Shown piece by piece: positions 45,729 to 54,491 of a stretch of 54,491 nucleotides of DNA. The notes under the pieces are model-generated. The model was not told the DNA's origin. It searched no databases and saw only the letters and a list, made by a program, of their open reading frames with translations. The translations under genes were made by a program, and so were the position numbers. Numbering within the stretch: the stretch's first letter is position 1; each line of letters starts with the position of its first letter. This DNA is from a virus (taxonomy: Duplodnaviria > Caudoviricetes), in the IMG/VR virus record IMGVR_UViG_3300024433_000007, positions 1 to 54,491 of that record; one strand, 5' to 3'.

Positions 45729-46718
45729 TTACGACTCCTCACTTACCTCAATAGCCTCACTAAAGAAAACGCCGCAACTGGATGCAACGAGCTTGATGTC
45801 CTCATAGACCGATCCTTCCACACGCTCGCCAGCGATTAATTCAAGCCTCATCTTCCGGACAGTGGTCTCTAACCTCTCACCTGTACGACCAGCCTGTATA
45901 GGCCGATTCCATCTGAAGGTATATCCTCCAGAGGGGCTTCTCTTTGAAGGTCTCGGAGCTGCGTAGACGAGCAATGCATCATTCTCGTTAAGAATATATT
46001 CCAGATTTTCGGTGTCACCTTCCTTATTGGTAGCATATATCGCAGAAGCCTTTACATATCTCTCAACTTCAAAGACTTGGGCAAGCAACTTCTCAGTTAT
46101 GATGCCCGTCTGCGTATACTTAAACCTATCCAATACGCTGGCGTGATTCTTAAGAGTTTGATGCACTCGTTCTGCAACAACGAGTGTATTAGGCATTAAG
46201 CCTGTAGCTAGCCTAATGAGAGCTTTGGCACTGTCTATATCGTCTATAGGAGTACTCAAAAGAGTGGACCACGCAGTAAAGTCCGTACCTCCTACAAGGT
46301 CATTACCCCAAACCCCTGTTCCGAAATAGGCAGCTGCCCATCTTCGCTCTCTACCTAATCGAAGCTTTTCAATGGTAAATGCCAAAGCATCATCTTCAAG
46401 ATCAAATACATCATCAGCATTCCAAATGTCCTCATCTGGAATGTCCTTATGGAATGCCCACTCATGAGCATAAAATGTTCCAGGATCTTCTAACTCATAC
46501 CCGCCCCCCTTGCTTTCAGTCAAAGGGGCACGCTTCTCAGCTTCATCACGGAACCAATAATCTTTCGCATATATCGGATACAGATCAGATTGTTTATTGG
46601 TTAAAACAACGGGGAATACCTGTGTAGCGATGTAACTGGAAGGTTCATTCATGTATGCTATACCTAAATTACTTAGATATGTATCAATATGAAGATCCGC
46701 ACCTGTTGGTTGTGGCAT
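45729..46718 (-). CDS. Major capsid protein (lambda gpE-like)
   Basis: HIDTYLSNLGIAY.N..IATQVFPVV; TGLMPNTLV; PSGGYTFRW. Confidence 0.9.
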   Translation of the reverse strand: MPQPTGADLHIDTYLSNLGIAYMNEPSSYIATQVFPVVLTNKQSDLYPIYAKDYWFRDEAEKRAPLTESKGGGYELEDPGTFYAHEWAFHKDIPDEDIWNADDVFDLEDDALAFTIEKLRLGRERRWAAAYFGTGVWGNDLVGGTDFTAWSTLLSTPIDDIDSAKALIRLATGLMPNTLVVAERVHQTLKNHASVLDRFKYTQTGIITEKLLAQVFEVERYVKASAIYATNKEGDTENLEYILNENDALLVYAAPRPSKRSPSGGYTFRWNRPIQAGRTGERLETTVRKMRLELIAGERVEGSVYEDIKLVASSCGVFFSEAIEVSEES

Positions 46719-46745
46719 GATTCATACCTCCCTTGTTTTAAAGAT

Positions 46746-47123
46746 TTAAGATGCTGCAGGTGCATAGCCAAACTCCATTACAAGGCTAATGACTCGGTCC
46801 TCTACACCAGGCTCTAGAGCGATGCCTACGTAGCGTTCTCCCTCCGCAGCAACTACTCCGTGTGAATTTGCATCTGCTGTGATATGATCACCGACCTCTA
46901 TTGCTCCTCCACAGACTACTTTGGAGATACCCACTCTGCGGTTCTCGCAGGACTTCCCTTCCTCATCGGGTTTATTTTGTAAAATACCCACAAGCATTTG
47001 GTCTCCGCCTGTGGCCTTATCAGCTGTATATTCAGCTGACAACTGCAGGATATGAAACTGATAACTCTCAAGATCTCGGGCCGCATCCAGACTCATATCC
47101 CATATTCTTAACTCTAGGGCCAT
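46746..47123 (-). CDS. Capsid decoration/cement protein (DUF2190-like)
   Basis: GILQNKP..GISKVVCGGAIEVGD..GIALE. Confidence 0.8.
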   Translation of the reverse strand: MALELRIWDMSLDAARDLESYQFHILQLSAEYTADKATGGDQMLVGILQNKPDEEGKSCENRRVGISKVVCGGAIEVGDHITADANSHGVVAAEGERYVGIALEPGVEDRVISLVMEFGYAPAAS

Positions 47124-47126
47124 TAT

Positions 47127-47753
47127 CTATTTCCTCCCGTCTACGTAGGTTTTATACAATTCCGGATTCTCTTTAACAGCACGTTTCCATGCTTCAGGGG
47201 GTTTGACTCCCTCTTTTATAAGAGCATCCACCTTAGCCTTTAATTTATCAAGAGCCGTAGCACTTTCCTGTGTTGGCCCATGACCGCTACTTCCGATCTC
47301 AGTAAAGAAACCAGAAGCATTCAATGCCTCACCATTCTCTTTGAGCTGTTCCATCATTTCTTTGGCAAGATCAGGATTCATCTTTTCGACGCTGAATATG
47401 ATACGGACCTGTTTCTGTACATCTCCAACTACTCCGATGGCCTCAATCTCCTGTGTCAATTCCAGCCGCCTTCGAGCATCCTTTTCTGTCTCAGTCTCTT
47501 TCTTGGACTCAGCTACTTCGCCTCTGAGGACTTCTATTTCCTGCCGCAGATCAGCGACCTCCTGTGTTTCTTGTCCATCACCCGCATGTTGCTCCTTATA
47601 CTCCTTAAGAGCATCTTTCTTTGCTTCAGCCTTTATAGCCTCTACATCCGGAAGATTCTCTTTAGAGACGTAACCTAACTGCTCGAAAGCTTCGGTTACT
47701 TCCTCATCGGGAACATCTGCAAGTAATGCATCAAGACTCTCTTTAAAGCCCAT
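47127..47753 (-). CDS. Nested scaffolding protein (lambda Nu3-like internal start)
   Basis: In-frame AAAGGAGGTACTAATATG; acidic coiled coil. Confidence 0.7.
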   Translation of the reverse strand: MGFKESLDALLADVPDEEVTEAFEQLGYVSKENLPDVEAIKAEAKKDALKEYKEQHAGDGQETQEVADLRQEIEVLRGEVAESKKETETEKDARRRLELTQEIEAIGVVGDVQKQVRIIFSVEKMNPDLAKEMMEQLKENGEALNASGFFTEIGSSGHGPTQESATALDKLKAKVDALIKEGVKPPEAWKRAVKENPELYKTYVDGRK

Positions 47754-49022
47754 ATTAGTACCTCCTTTATCAGTTGTAATGGTTTTCATGATCTGATTCC
47801 AAGAAAGAATCTGATCTACTAAACCAACCTCTAGCCCTTCCTCACCCAGGAATATTCCGGCTTCTGTAGCCTTTACATCATCAGGATTTAAATTTCTATT
47901 TCGTGCTACTGTCTTTACGAACAGATCGTACACGCTGTCAACCTTACTCTGGACATCTCCAAGAGCTTCGACGGAAATTTCCTCATGCGGAGAGAAAGCA
48001 TTCTTCTTTGCTCCAGCATAGATAGCTGTATACTTCATCCCTGCCTTTTCGTTGTACTTGCTCTGATCAGTATGAACCGCAATAACTCCAATCGATCCAG
48101 TTCCGCCAGTTCGGGGAACATAGATCTTATCCGCAGCGGATGCGATTGCATAAGCTGCAGAGTATGCGATGTCATTAACAGCAGCAATGATGGGCTTAAT
48201 CCCACGTGCATTGTAGATCTCATCTACCAGATCAAACACTCCAGAAGCCTCTCCTCCAGGACTGTCTATATCCAGCACAATCTGAGTGACCTTCGGATTT
48301 GCCAATGCACCTCGGAAACTTTCCCCGATCTGCTCATATGTCGTAAGACCAGACAGAGCAGAAATGCCTCTACCACGATGAACCAATGTATCATGAATAG
48401 GAATTACTGCGATATGAGGTTCATCCTTTTTCTTCTCTCTCGAAGAAAGCTCAAAATCGACTGCGTTGTCATCAGTCTCTAACCCGATACGATCTCCTAT
48501 CACGTTAATGATAGCATTCAACTTGTCAGGAGCAATCATTAGAGGCGTATTTACTATTCTCGTCGCAAAGCGAACAAGAAGAGCATTCTTATTTGTGGAT
48601 TCTCCTTTACCAGGACCAGGACGTTCAGCTCTCCTCATCTGCCCTCCACATTTAGGGCACTTTATCTTATCACAATGCTCTTCTGATGTTACTTTATGTC
48701 CACACTTTGTGCATTCACAATTATATGTCTCCGTTTTCATTTTTTGGCTTCCTTCTATAAGTGCATCCATCTTGATAACCTCAGCAGCGGCTTCGTATGA
48801 ACCTCCATGAGCCTTACAGTGACTTCTCGCCTCCGAAGCTGACCATGTACTCTTCGGATATCTATATGCCTGATCCTCATATTTGCCAGTAGCCTTTAGT
48901 GTTCCCCGAATGACAGAGTAGGTTTTCCCTTTGCTCTTACTCTTACGCTTGATCCTAGCCCAGGGATCTCTAAAGTCATTCGGATTGCGTAGCCTACAAG
49001 AGAATTCGTTTGGGTATGGCAT
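47127..49022 (-). CDS. S49 head maturation protease with N-terminal extra domains and C-terminal scaffold
   Basis: DIDSPGG, AYSAAYAIAS, GSIGV; zinc ribbon CECTKCG..CPKCGG. Confidence 0.92.
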   Translation of the reverse strand: MPYPNEFSCRLRNPNDFRDPWARIKRKSKSKGKTYSVIRGTLKATGKYEDQAYRYPKSTWSASEARSHCKAHGGSYEAAAEVIKMDALIEGSQKMKTETYNCECTKCGHKVTSEEHCDKIKCPKCGGQMRRAERPGPGKGESTNKNALLVRFATRIVNTPLMIAPDKLNAIINVIGDRIGLETDDNAVDFELSSREKKKDEPHIAVIPIHDTLVHRGRGISALSGLTTYEQIGESFRGALANPKVTQIVLDIDSPGGEASGVFDLVDEIYNARGIKPIIAAVNDIAYSAAYAIASAADKIYVPRTGGTGSIGVIAVHTDQSKYNEKAGMKYTAIYAGAKKNAFSPHEEISVEALGDVQSKVDSVYDLFVKTVARNRNLNPDDVKATEAGIFLGEEGLEVGLVDQILSWNQIMKTITTDKGGTNMGFKESLDALLADVPDEEVTEAFEQLGYVSKENLPDVEAIKAEAKKDALKEYKEQHAGDGQETQEVADLRQEIEVLRGEVAESKKETETEKDARRRLELTQEIEAIGVVGDVQKQVRIIFSVEKMNPDLAKEMMEQLKENGEALNASGFFTEIGSSGHGPTQESATALDKLKAKVDALIKEGVKPPEAWKRAVKENPELYKTYVDGRK

Positions 49023-49045
49023 AATTTTACCTCCTCTCTATCAGG

Positions 49046-49570
49046 TCAATCCTTTGCCTTAGTGGACTCACCACTTTTCTTTGGCTGCTCTTTAGTTGAT
49101 TTCTTTTTTACTTTAGGCTCATCTACACATTCCCCATCAGGAACATTACCCCTTTTCTTAGCAGGGATACCAAAATGAATTTCCTTATCAGGAACATCAT
49201 GAACTATCAAAGCACCTGTACCAACCAGTGCATTCCTACCAATTTTGATTCCAGAAAGTAGAATAGCTCCAGGTGCTATTCGTGCTCCCCTCTTGATATG
49301 AGGCCCTATCAATTTCTCCTCATATTTGCGCATGTGTGCAATTTTCTCCGTATTTATCATTAGAACTTTTGCACCAATATAGACAGAATCCTCTATAATA
49401 GTTCCCGCAGTAACATGTGCATACTCACCGATGAAGCAGTTGTTGCCTATTACTACACCATCCTCAATAATTACTCCATGACGGATATCACAGTTTTTGC
49501 CAATCTTGGCCGTTTCAGACTTGTACCATGTTTGACTTGTACCAGTCTCCTTCACGTTTTCTTTTTCCAT
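49046..49570 (-). CDS. Hexapeptide (LbH) sugar N-acyltransferase
   Basis: [IV]GxxxxI repeats; IGRNALVGTGA..GIPAK. Confidence 0.88.
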   Translation of the reverse strand: MEKENVKETGTSQTWYKSETAKIGKNCDIRHGVIIEDGVVIGNNCFIGEYAHVTAGTIIEDSVYIGAKVLMINTEKIAHMRKYEEKLIGPHIKRGARIAPGAILLSGIKIGRNALVGTGALIVHDVPDKEIHFGIPAKKRGNVPDGECVDEPKVKKKSTKEQPKKSGESTKAKD

Positions 49571-49594
49571 TTTTCTCCTAATTATTATATTTTA

Positions 49595-50425
49595 TTATCC
49601 AAAAGTAAAACAGCTTTTAAATGGACGCTGCGTATATATTCGGATACCCCATTTGCGTATATAGTCCCTAAAGTCATCTGTCTCTTTATCTTCTACTCCT
49701 TCATATTTGAAGGTTTCTACATTAATCCTAAACTCATTAATCTCTACATAGGGATAGTCGATCCTTATTCTTGGACTAATATCATGATAACTGGCTATAT
49801 GGATATAATTTTCAATAATCATATTTACCATTTTTAATCTGTCCTCAGTAGGTAGAGACTCAATTTTCCTCACAAAGTGTGCAGGATTTCCGACATAGAT
49901 ACCCATCTTTAAAAGACTTACTGCTACCACAGAGTTTGCTCCAACTACTATATTATCAGCAATTAACACACCCATTAATATAGTGCTTCTATATCCAACA
50001 AGGACTCCGTTTCCTATCTTAATTCCAGTGAACCTTGCTGGATAACCCTCTAATACAGATAACCAATAACCATGAGTAATTAAGGATACATCAGGGGACA
50101 ATCCAACATCGTCGCCAATCATAATAGGCTCACATACATTTATGAAATTGTTATGTATTGTACATCGGTCACCTATTTGAAGGTTTGCTCCTGGATGCTG
50201 GCGACCACCTCCGCCTATCCTTAGTCCTGAACTGTTAAAAAGGTGCTTGCCGAAAATTATGTTATTCCCAAATATCTGAGTATTGCTACCTAATCTGCTA
50301 TAATCACCGATTCTGAATTCACCCTTTACTTTAATTAAGATGTTTTGACCGAATGTTACAGAACTGCCTATGCTGATCTGCCTTCCTATAATTTCAACAT
50401 TCTTCTTCTTATCTTCGTACTTCAT
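49595..50425 (-). CDS. Hexapeptide (LbH) acyltransferase
   Basis: IGDRCTIH..LITHG..VGANSVV..GNPA; ATGA coupling gives start 50425. Confidence 0.85.
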   Translation of the reverse strand: MKYEDKKKNVEIIGRQISIGSSVTFGQNILIKVKGEFRIGDYSRLGSNTQIFGNNIIFGKHLFNSSGLRIGGGGRQHPGANLQIGDRCTIHNNFINVCEPIMIGDDVGLSPDVSLITHGYWLSVLEGYPARFTGIKIGNGVLVGYRSTILMGVLIADNIVVGANSVVAVSLLKMGIYVGNPAHFVRKIESLPTEDRLKMVNMIIENYIHIASYHDISPRIRIDYPYVEINEFRINVETFKYEGVEDKETDDFRDYIRKWGIRIYTQRPFKSCFTFG

Positions 50426-51129
50426 ATAATACCGCCATTCAGATCGATACAAGTACCATTAATATATTCTGTCTTTCTAATAAAATCCACTAATCCAAAT
50501 ATATCTTCAGGATTGCCAAAGTATCCTAAAGGAATCTTTGATTTAATTATATTCTGCATATCTTTTGGAACTTCAGTAATCATACCGATGTTGAAATATC
50601 CCAATCTGATATTATTTACAGTAATTTTATATTTAGCATTCTCTACTGCAATGCTTCTGATCATTCCTGACAGACCAGCCTTCGATGCTGCATAGGCACT
50701 GGTTCCAGGAATACCTATCTGAGATACTACAGAAGAAAAATTAATAATCCTACCAAATTTATTTCCTCTCATAGCAGGCAATACTGCATGAATTACGTTA
50801 AATGTACCTATCAGATTCACATTAATTACACGTGCCCATTCGTTAACATCAGCTTTATGCAAGAATGAGCTATAGTTAATTCCCGCACAGTTAATTAAGG
50901 TTATTTCATTTATATCCTTCCTAATATTTAGAGTCTCTGAAATCCACTTCTGGACATCTGTATAATAAGATACATCAACCTTCCTGTAGTAATCGATCTT
51001 GTCGATATCAGGATATGTCACATTATAAGTTCCATATACAGATAGTTTACCATCCGAAAATCTGTTAAATAAATATTTACCGATACCTTTTGAAGCACCT
51101 GTAATCAAAATTACTACTTCATTACCCAT
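50422..51129 (-). CDS. SDR oxidoreductase (FabG/PhaB-like)
   Basis: TGASKGIG, NCAG, SS, YAASK. Confidence 0.92.
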   Translation of the reverse strand: MGNEVVILITGASKGIGKYLFNRFSDGKLSVYGTYNVTYPDIDKIDYYRKVDVSYYTDVQKWISETLNIRKDINEITLINCAGINYSSFLHKADVNEWARVINVNLIGTFNVIHAVLPAMRGNKFGRIINFSSVVSQIGIPGTSAYAASKAGLSGMIRSIAVENAKYKITVNNIRLGYFNIGMITEVPKDMQNIIKSKIPLGYFGNPEDIFGLVDFIRKTEYINGTCIDLNGGII

Positions 51130-51749
51130 CTTATTACTTCAAAAGCTTCGGCATATCTACTACCGATTTGAACTCCTCGCATTCTTACTATGCTCCTTAC
51201 ATACTCCTCATTAGCATAGGCTTTACCCTTTTGTGAGTTGTATGCATTTAACGCATTTAGTTTTGTAATTACGTTCTCTTCAGATAGTACAATAAAAGAC
51301 TCAGCTTGAAAACTTATATTATTCCAAGGATTTTCATATCCAAGAATCGTTATAGTTTTAAAAGCCCTTATTCCCTCCTCTGTGACAGTTGAATGATCCT
51401 GATGCAGATCATTTGTAGAGGGCAAAAGGACAAGATCAGGGCAAATATCTTTTTTGATCTTTATCAACTCATCTAGAACCTCCTGACGATGGTAGCTTAG
51501 TTCTCTGACCTTAAAATTAAAGATGATCAGATTCTCTTGGGAAATGCCCAGTTGCTTCGTTGCCTCCTTTACCTCAGTTTTCAGAATATCCTTGGGCCAC
51601 GGAGCAGGCACAGACTCTTCTGCAGTTGAGAAAGCTACATAATATATCTCCTTCTCTTCCTCTACAAATCTTGCAATACTTCCTCCGCAGCCAAACTCTC
51701 CATCGTCAGTGTGCGGAGAAAGGATTAGAAATCTGTTTATATCACACAC
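51114..51749 (-). CDS. PIG-L/LmbE family N-deacetylase
   Basis: SPHTDDGEFGCGG, DLHQDH. Confidence 0.92.
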   Translation of the reverse strand: MCDINRFLILSPHTDDGEFGCGGSIARFVEEEKEIYYVAFSTAEESVPAPWPKDILKTEVKEATKQLGISQENLIIFNFKVRELSYHRQEVLDELIKIKKDICPDLVLLPSTNDLHQDHSTVTEEGIRAFKTITILGYENPWNNISFQAESFIVLSEENVITKLNALNAYNSQKGKAYANEEYVRSIVRMRGVQIGSRYAEAFEVIRWVMK

Positions 51750-51754
51750 TTAGG

Positions 51755-52669
51755 TTAATTCCTTATTAGCCTTTTCAATATGTCCTTAAATTGAAATGCT
51801 CTACTTACATCACTATGATTCTTTTGAACAAACTCCATAGCATCCTTCCTCATTTCAGCATAATCTTCTGGATGACCTAGGACTTCTCTTATCTGTTCAA
51901 TTACATTCTCCCTTGTTATTGGGACATAGTGGACGTAAGGCCCAAAGCCCAATATATCAAGCTCTTTCTTCCTTTCAGCTAACAGTAATGTACCTGCAGC
52001 TGGAATCTCAAAATACTTTGACACCATGCCACCGTACATTCCTGATGTTGCAATAGCACAAAAATAACTATTAAGAAACCTTGGATACTTTTCAAAGGGA
52101 ACGAAACTTCGTCCCTCAATATCAATTAGTTCAGAGATTCCATCCACATTCTTTTGACAAAGTCCTTTAATATATTCTCTGAAGGGATAATAACGATTTA
52201 TGCTTCCTGATAACAAACATTTCATTTTAGGTTCCAGATTCATTTGCAAATCCACATAGCTCTCATAAGGATGGCAGAATCCGGAAAAGAGCTCATATTT
52301 GTGGACATATTGTGGATACCATTTTGTAAATGCCTCATAAAATCCGCCCATAATTATATCACATTTCTCAAACATTTTCTTCTTGTTTTTCTCACATTCC
52401 TTATTATGATGGCATTGCAAATCCCCAAAGTAGAGGATAAGACTCGTATCTGAATCGAGCAGACCTGAAGGTATCTTAGGTCTATTATGATAAGGTATCG
52501 CATAGACAAGTGCTACATCCAATTCCTTCAGATTGGGCGTATCTGTATATATAGATGGAAAGCCGCAGATCTTTTCTATCCTATCAAACAGAGTCTTAGA
52601 TACCATACTTCTCAAACCCTGCATATGTCTCCTCTTATAAAATGTAGGTACTATAATTGCACCCTTCAT
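51755..52669 (-). CDS. GT-B glycosyltransferase (CgeB/Glyco_trans_1_2-like)
   Basis: Y..FLN..KYFEIPAAGTLLLA..F.P.VHYV. Confidence 0.8.
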   Translation of the reverse strand: MKGAIIVPTFYKRRHMQGLRSMVSKTLFDRIEKICGFPSIYTDTPNLKELDVALVYAIPYHNRPKIPSGLLDSDTSLILYFGDLQCHHNKECEKNKKKMFEKCDIIMGGFYEAFTKWYPQYVHKYELFSGFCHPYESYVDLQMNLEPKMKCLLSGSINRYYPFREYIKGLCQKNVDGISELIDIEGRSFVPFEKYPRFLNSYFCAIATSGMYGGMVSKYFEIPAAGTLLLAERKKELDILGFGPYVHYVPITRENVIEQIREVLGHPEDYAEMRKDAMEFVQKNHSDVSRAFQFKDILKRLIRN

Positions 52670-53364
52670 TTCCTTGTTCCATATGCCAAGAAAAAGTAAA
52701 TCTTTCTTCTACCCCTATATATAGAAAGAATCTTATCAAAATCAATAAGAGATTCATAACGCAATCTAACCTCTTCCTGACCTCCAAATATTCTGATATG
52801 ACCAGGTGCAGCATTATTAGGCACAGAAAATATGACCTTTCTTCCGGAAGGAATTGCTTCAAGTACGGCCAAATCATTTTCTAGATGCTCAAGCGTTTCC
52901 AAAGAGATGAAAACATCATAGTTAGCAAACTCATTTTGTATTCCCCGATCATAGAGATTACCTACAAAGAAGTCAAGATAAGGCACTCGTTCTCTGGCCA
53001 GCTTTATACAAACCTCAGAAAAATCGATTCCATGATAGTTTGTATATCCTTCATCATACAGAATCTTGGCAAGATATCCTGGCCCACATCCCAACTCGGC
53101 TATTGCTACGCCAGAATCGGCGGGAGGTAAAAGCGACAGCACCTTGTCATATAGCTTCTTCCAGTAAGTATCAGCACTTAGATCTTTGGGTATATGTACA
53201 TCATAGTATTCCGGACCCTCTTCGGGAAATACAGTAGGTCTAGATGCCACTGGTGTAGGTTTTACAGGTGCATGTTTTACAGGTGCATGTTTTATGGGAG
53301 GCAGTCCTTTTCTCTTCCTCATTCTATTTCTTGCAGCAAACTTTCTTTTTCCTATACTTACCAT
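52666..53364 (-). CDS. Class I SAM-dependent methyltransferase
   Basis: ELGCGPG, GIDFS, ETLEHLEND..FSVPN. Confidence 0.9.
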   Translation of the reverse strand: MVSIGKRKFAARNRMRKRKGLPPIKHAPVKHAPVKPTPVASRPTVFPEEGPEYYDVHIPKDLSADTYWKKLYDKVLSLLPPADSGVAIAELGCGPGYLAKILYDEGYTNYHGIDFSEVCIKLARERVPYLDFFVGNLYDRGIQNEFANYDVFISLETLEHLENDLAVLEAIPSGRKVIFSVPNNAAPGHIRIFGGQEEVRLRYESLIDFDKILSIYRGRRKIYFFLAYGTRK

Positions 53365-54206
53365 TATATCCCCTTTTTTTCTAAAGCATCTCGATAAAAT
53401 TTACTGATCTTATATCCCGAACCTTCATAGTACGCATCGGGATTCTTTGTATAGCCTATCCTTTTTAAATTTTCAAACTTACGTACACGGCGATCATATT
53501 TAGAGTCTTTTTTTACGCTGGCTATATTGAATCTACTTCTATAGTAACCTTCATATTTAGGATTTCCAAATTCACAATCCTGAAATAATAAACATGGTTT
53601 ACCTAGCTCTGTGCATCTCAAATGCATCATAAACAGCGTACTGCAAACACCCGTATAGATGCTTCTCCGCAACCAGGTTGAGTATCCTTCAGCGAACTGT
53701 ATGCCGCTTCTATTTATTAAACTTTTCTTTACAGCTAGGCCACCTCCAAAAGGATAACCTAACTCCCACTTTCCAGTTCTCGTTACAAAAGATCCTCCAT
53801 TCTTGGTCTCATGTGGTACTCTTTTAGCAAATCCTGGCATACGAAGTACGCAGAAAACGTAATCAGGTTTGAGACTGCTCTGCACAATAAGTTTAAAGTT
53901 TTCAAACCATCCTTCCATACAGAACATGTCGTTGCTTAAAACTATGATCCAATCTGCATCGATGTCTGCCAGCTTCCAAGCATCATTGATGGCTTTTCCT
54001 AAACTGTTCGTGTGTTTTAGCACTAACTTATCAATAACACCTTTAGCTTTAAAATTCTTCAACATTGGCACTGTGCCATCAGTCGAGCGATTGTCTATTA
54101 CGATAAGCTCATATTCATCTCTAGGCGTCCGATCACGAATAGTTTCAATACAGAATTTAGACAATTTCTTTCTATTGTATGTAGTTACACTGATGGACGC
54201 AAACAC
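53364..54206 (-). CDS. GT2 glycosyltransferase
   Basis: VTTYNR, IVIDNRSTDGT, SND. Confidence 0.88.
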   Translation of the reverse strand: MFASISVTTYNRKKLSKFCIETIRDRTPRDEYELIVIDNRSTDGTVPMLKNFKAKGVIDKLVLKHTNSLGKAINDAWKLADIDADWIIVLSNDMFCMEGWFENFKLIVQSSLKPDYVFCVLRMPGFAKRVPHETKNGGSFVTRTGKWELGYPFGGGLAVKKSLINRSGIQFAEGYSTWLRRSIYTGVCSTLFMMHLRCTELGKPCLLFQDCEFGNPKYEGYYRSRFNIASVKKDSKYDRRVRKFENLKRIGYTKNPDAYYEGSGYKISKFYRDALEKKGI

Positions 54207-54218
54207 CTTACTCCTGAT

Positions 54219-54491
54219 CTAAGTCTTGTCTCCATTTTTAATCTCCTCTTTAATCTTAGTTGAAGATTGTCCTTGATAGTAAGGTAATATTATCAGTCTA
54301 CCGCCAAGGCTTTCCATTAATGATTTACCATAGGCGAGTAATTTCTCACTATGGCTCGTACTTTCTACAAGAATATTAGCACCTAAACACTTAACATTCT
54401 CATGAGGAGCATAAGTGCTCTGAGGAACAGCTAAATCTACACATTCCAATGCACTTATTAAAGCTAACCGTTCAGGGAACGATATAACGGG
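54219..54491 (-). CDS. Cytidylyltransferase (TagD/RfaE-like), 5'-truncated
   Basis: Frame open to the edge: PVISFPERLALISALECVD..; C-terminal PY..GQSSTKIK. Confidence 0.8.
   Translation of the reverse strand, partial: PVISFPERLALISALECVDLAVPQSTYAPHENVKCLGANILVESTSHSEKLLAYGKSLMESLGGRLIILPYYQGQSSTKIKEEIKNGDKT

Overview
The window is most of a tailed dsDNA phage genome (siphovirus-type, Caudoviricetes), circularly permuted and truncated inside genes at both edges. The host is Gram-negative (OM beta-barrel, lipoprotein). Sigma54 promoters and the attC style suggest a deltaproteobacterium/Desulfobacterota, which is inference only. Minus strand: terS, terL, portal and small membrane/secreted genes (1-6.9 kb); a glycan-modification cluster (49-54.5 kb) leading directly into protease/scaffold, capsid, neck, tail and a GTA/lambda-like tail tip (34.5-49 kb). 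Plus strand (9.4-34.4 kb): many small early genes, a Cas4-like nuclease/Sak4/SSB recombination set, ParB-MTase, MazG-like NTPase, DEDDh exonuclease, UDG-PolA fusion, helicase and two NUMOD4-HNH endonucleases. No integrase, tRNA or CRISPR array was seen. Most notable: (1) five integron gene cassettes with attC sites but no integrase inside the recombination module (22.96-24.04 kb); (2) a DIP1984-like protein gene followed by a ~300-nt structured, internally repetitive putative ncRNA (13.6-14.5 kb); (3) a divergent control region with four sigma54 promoter motifs and about eight IHF-like sites; (4) an eight-gene sugar/acyl-modification cluster inside the head module. All family calls come from reading motifs by eye, not from database searches.
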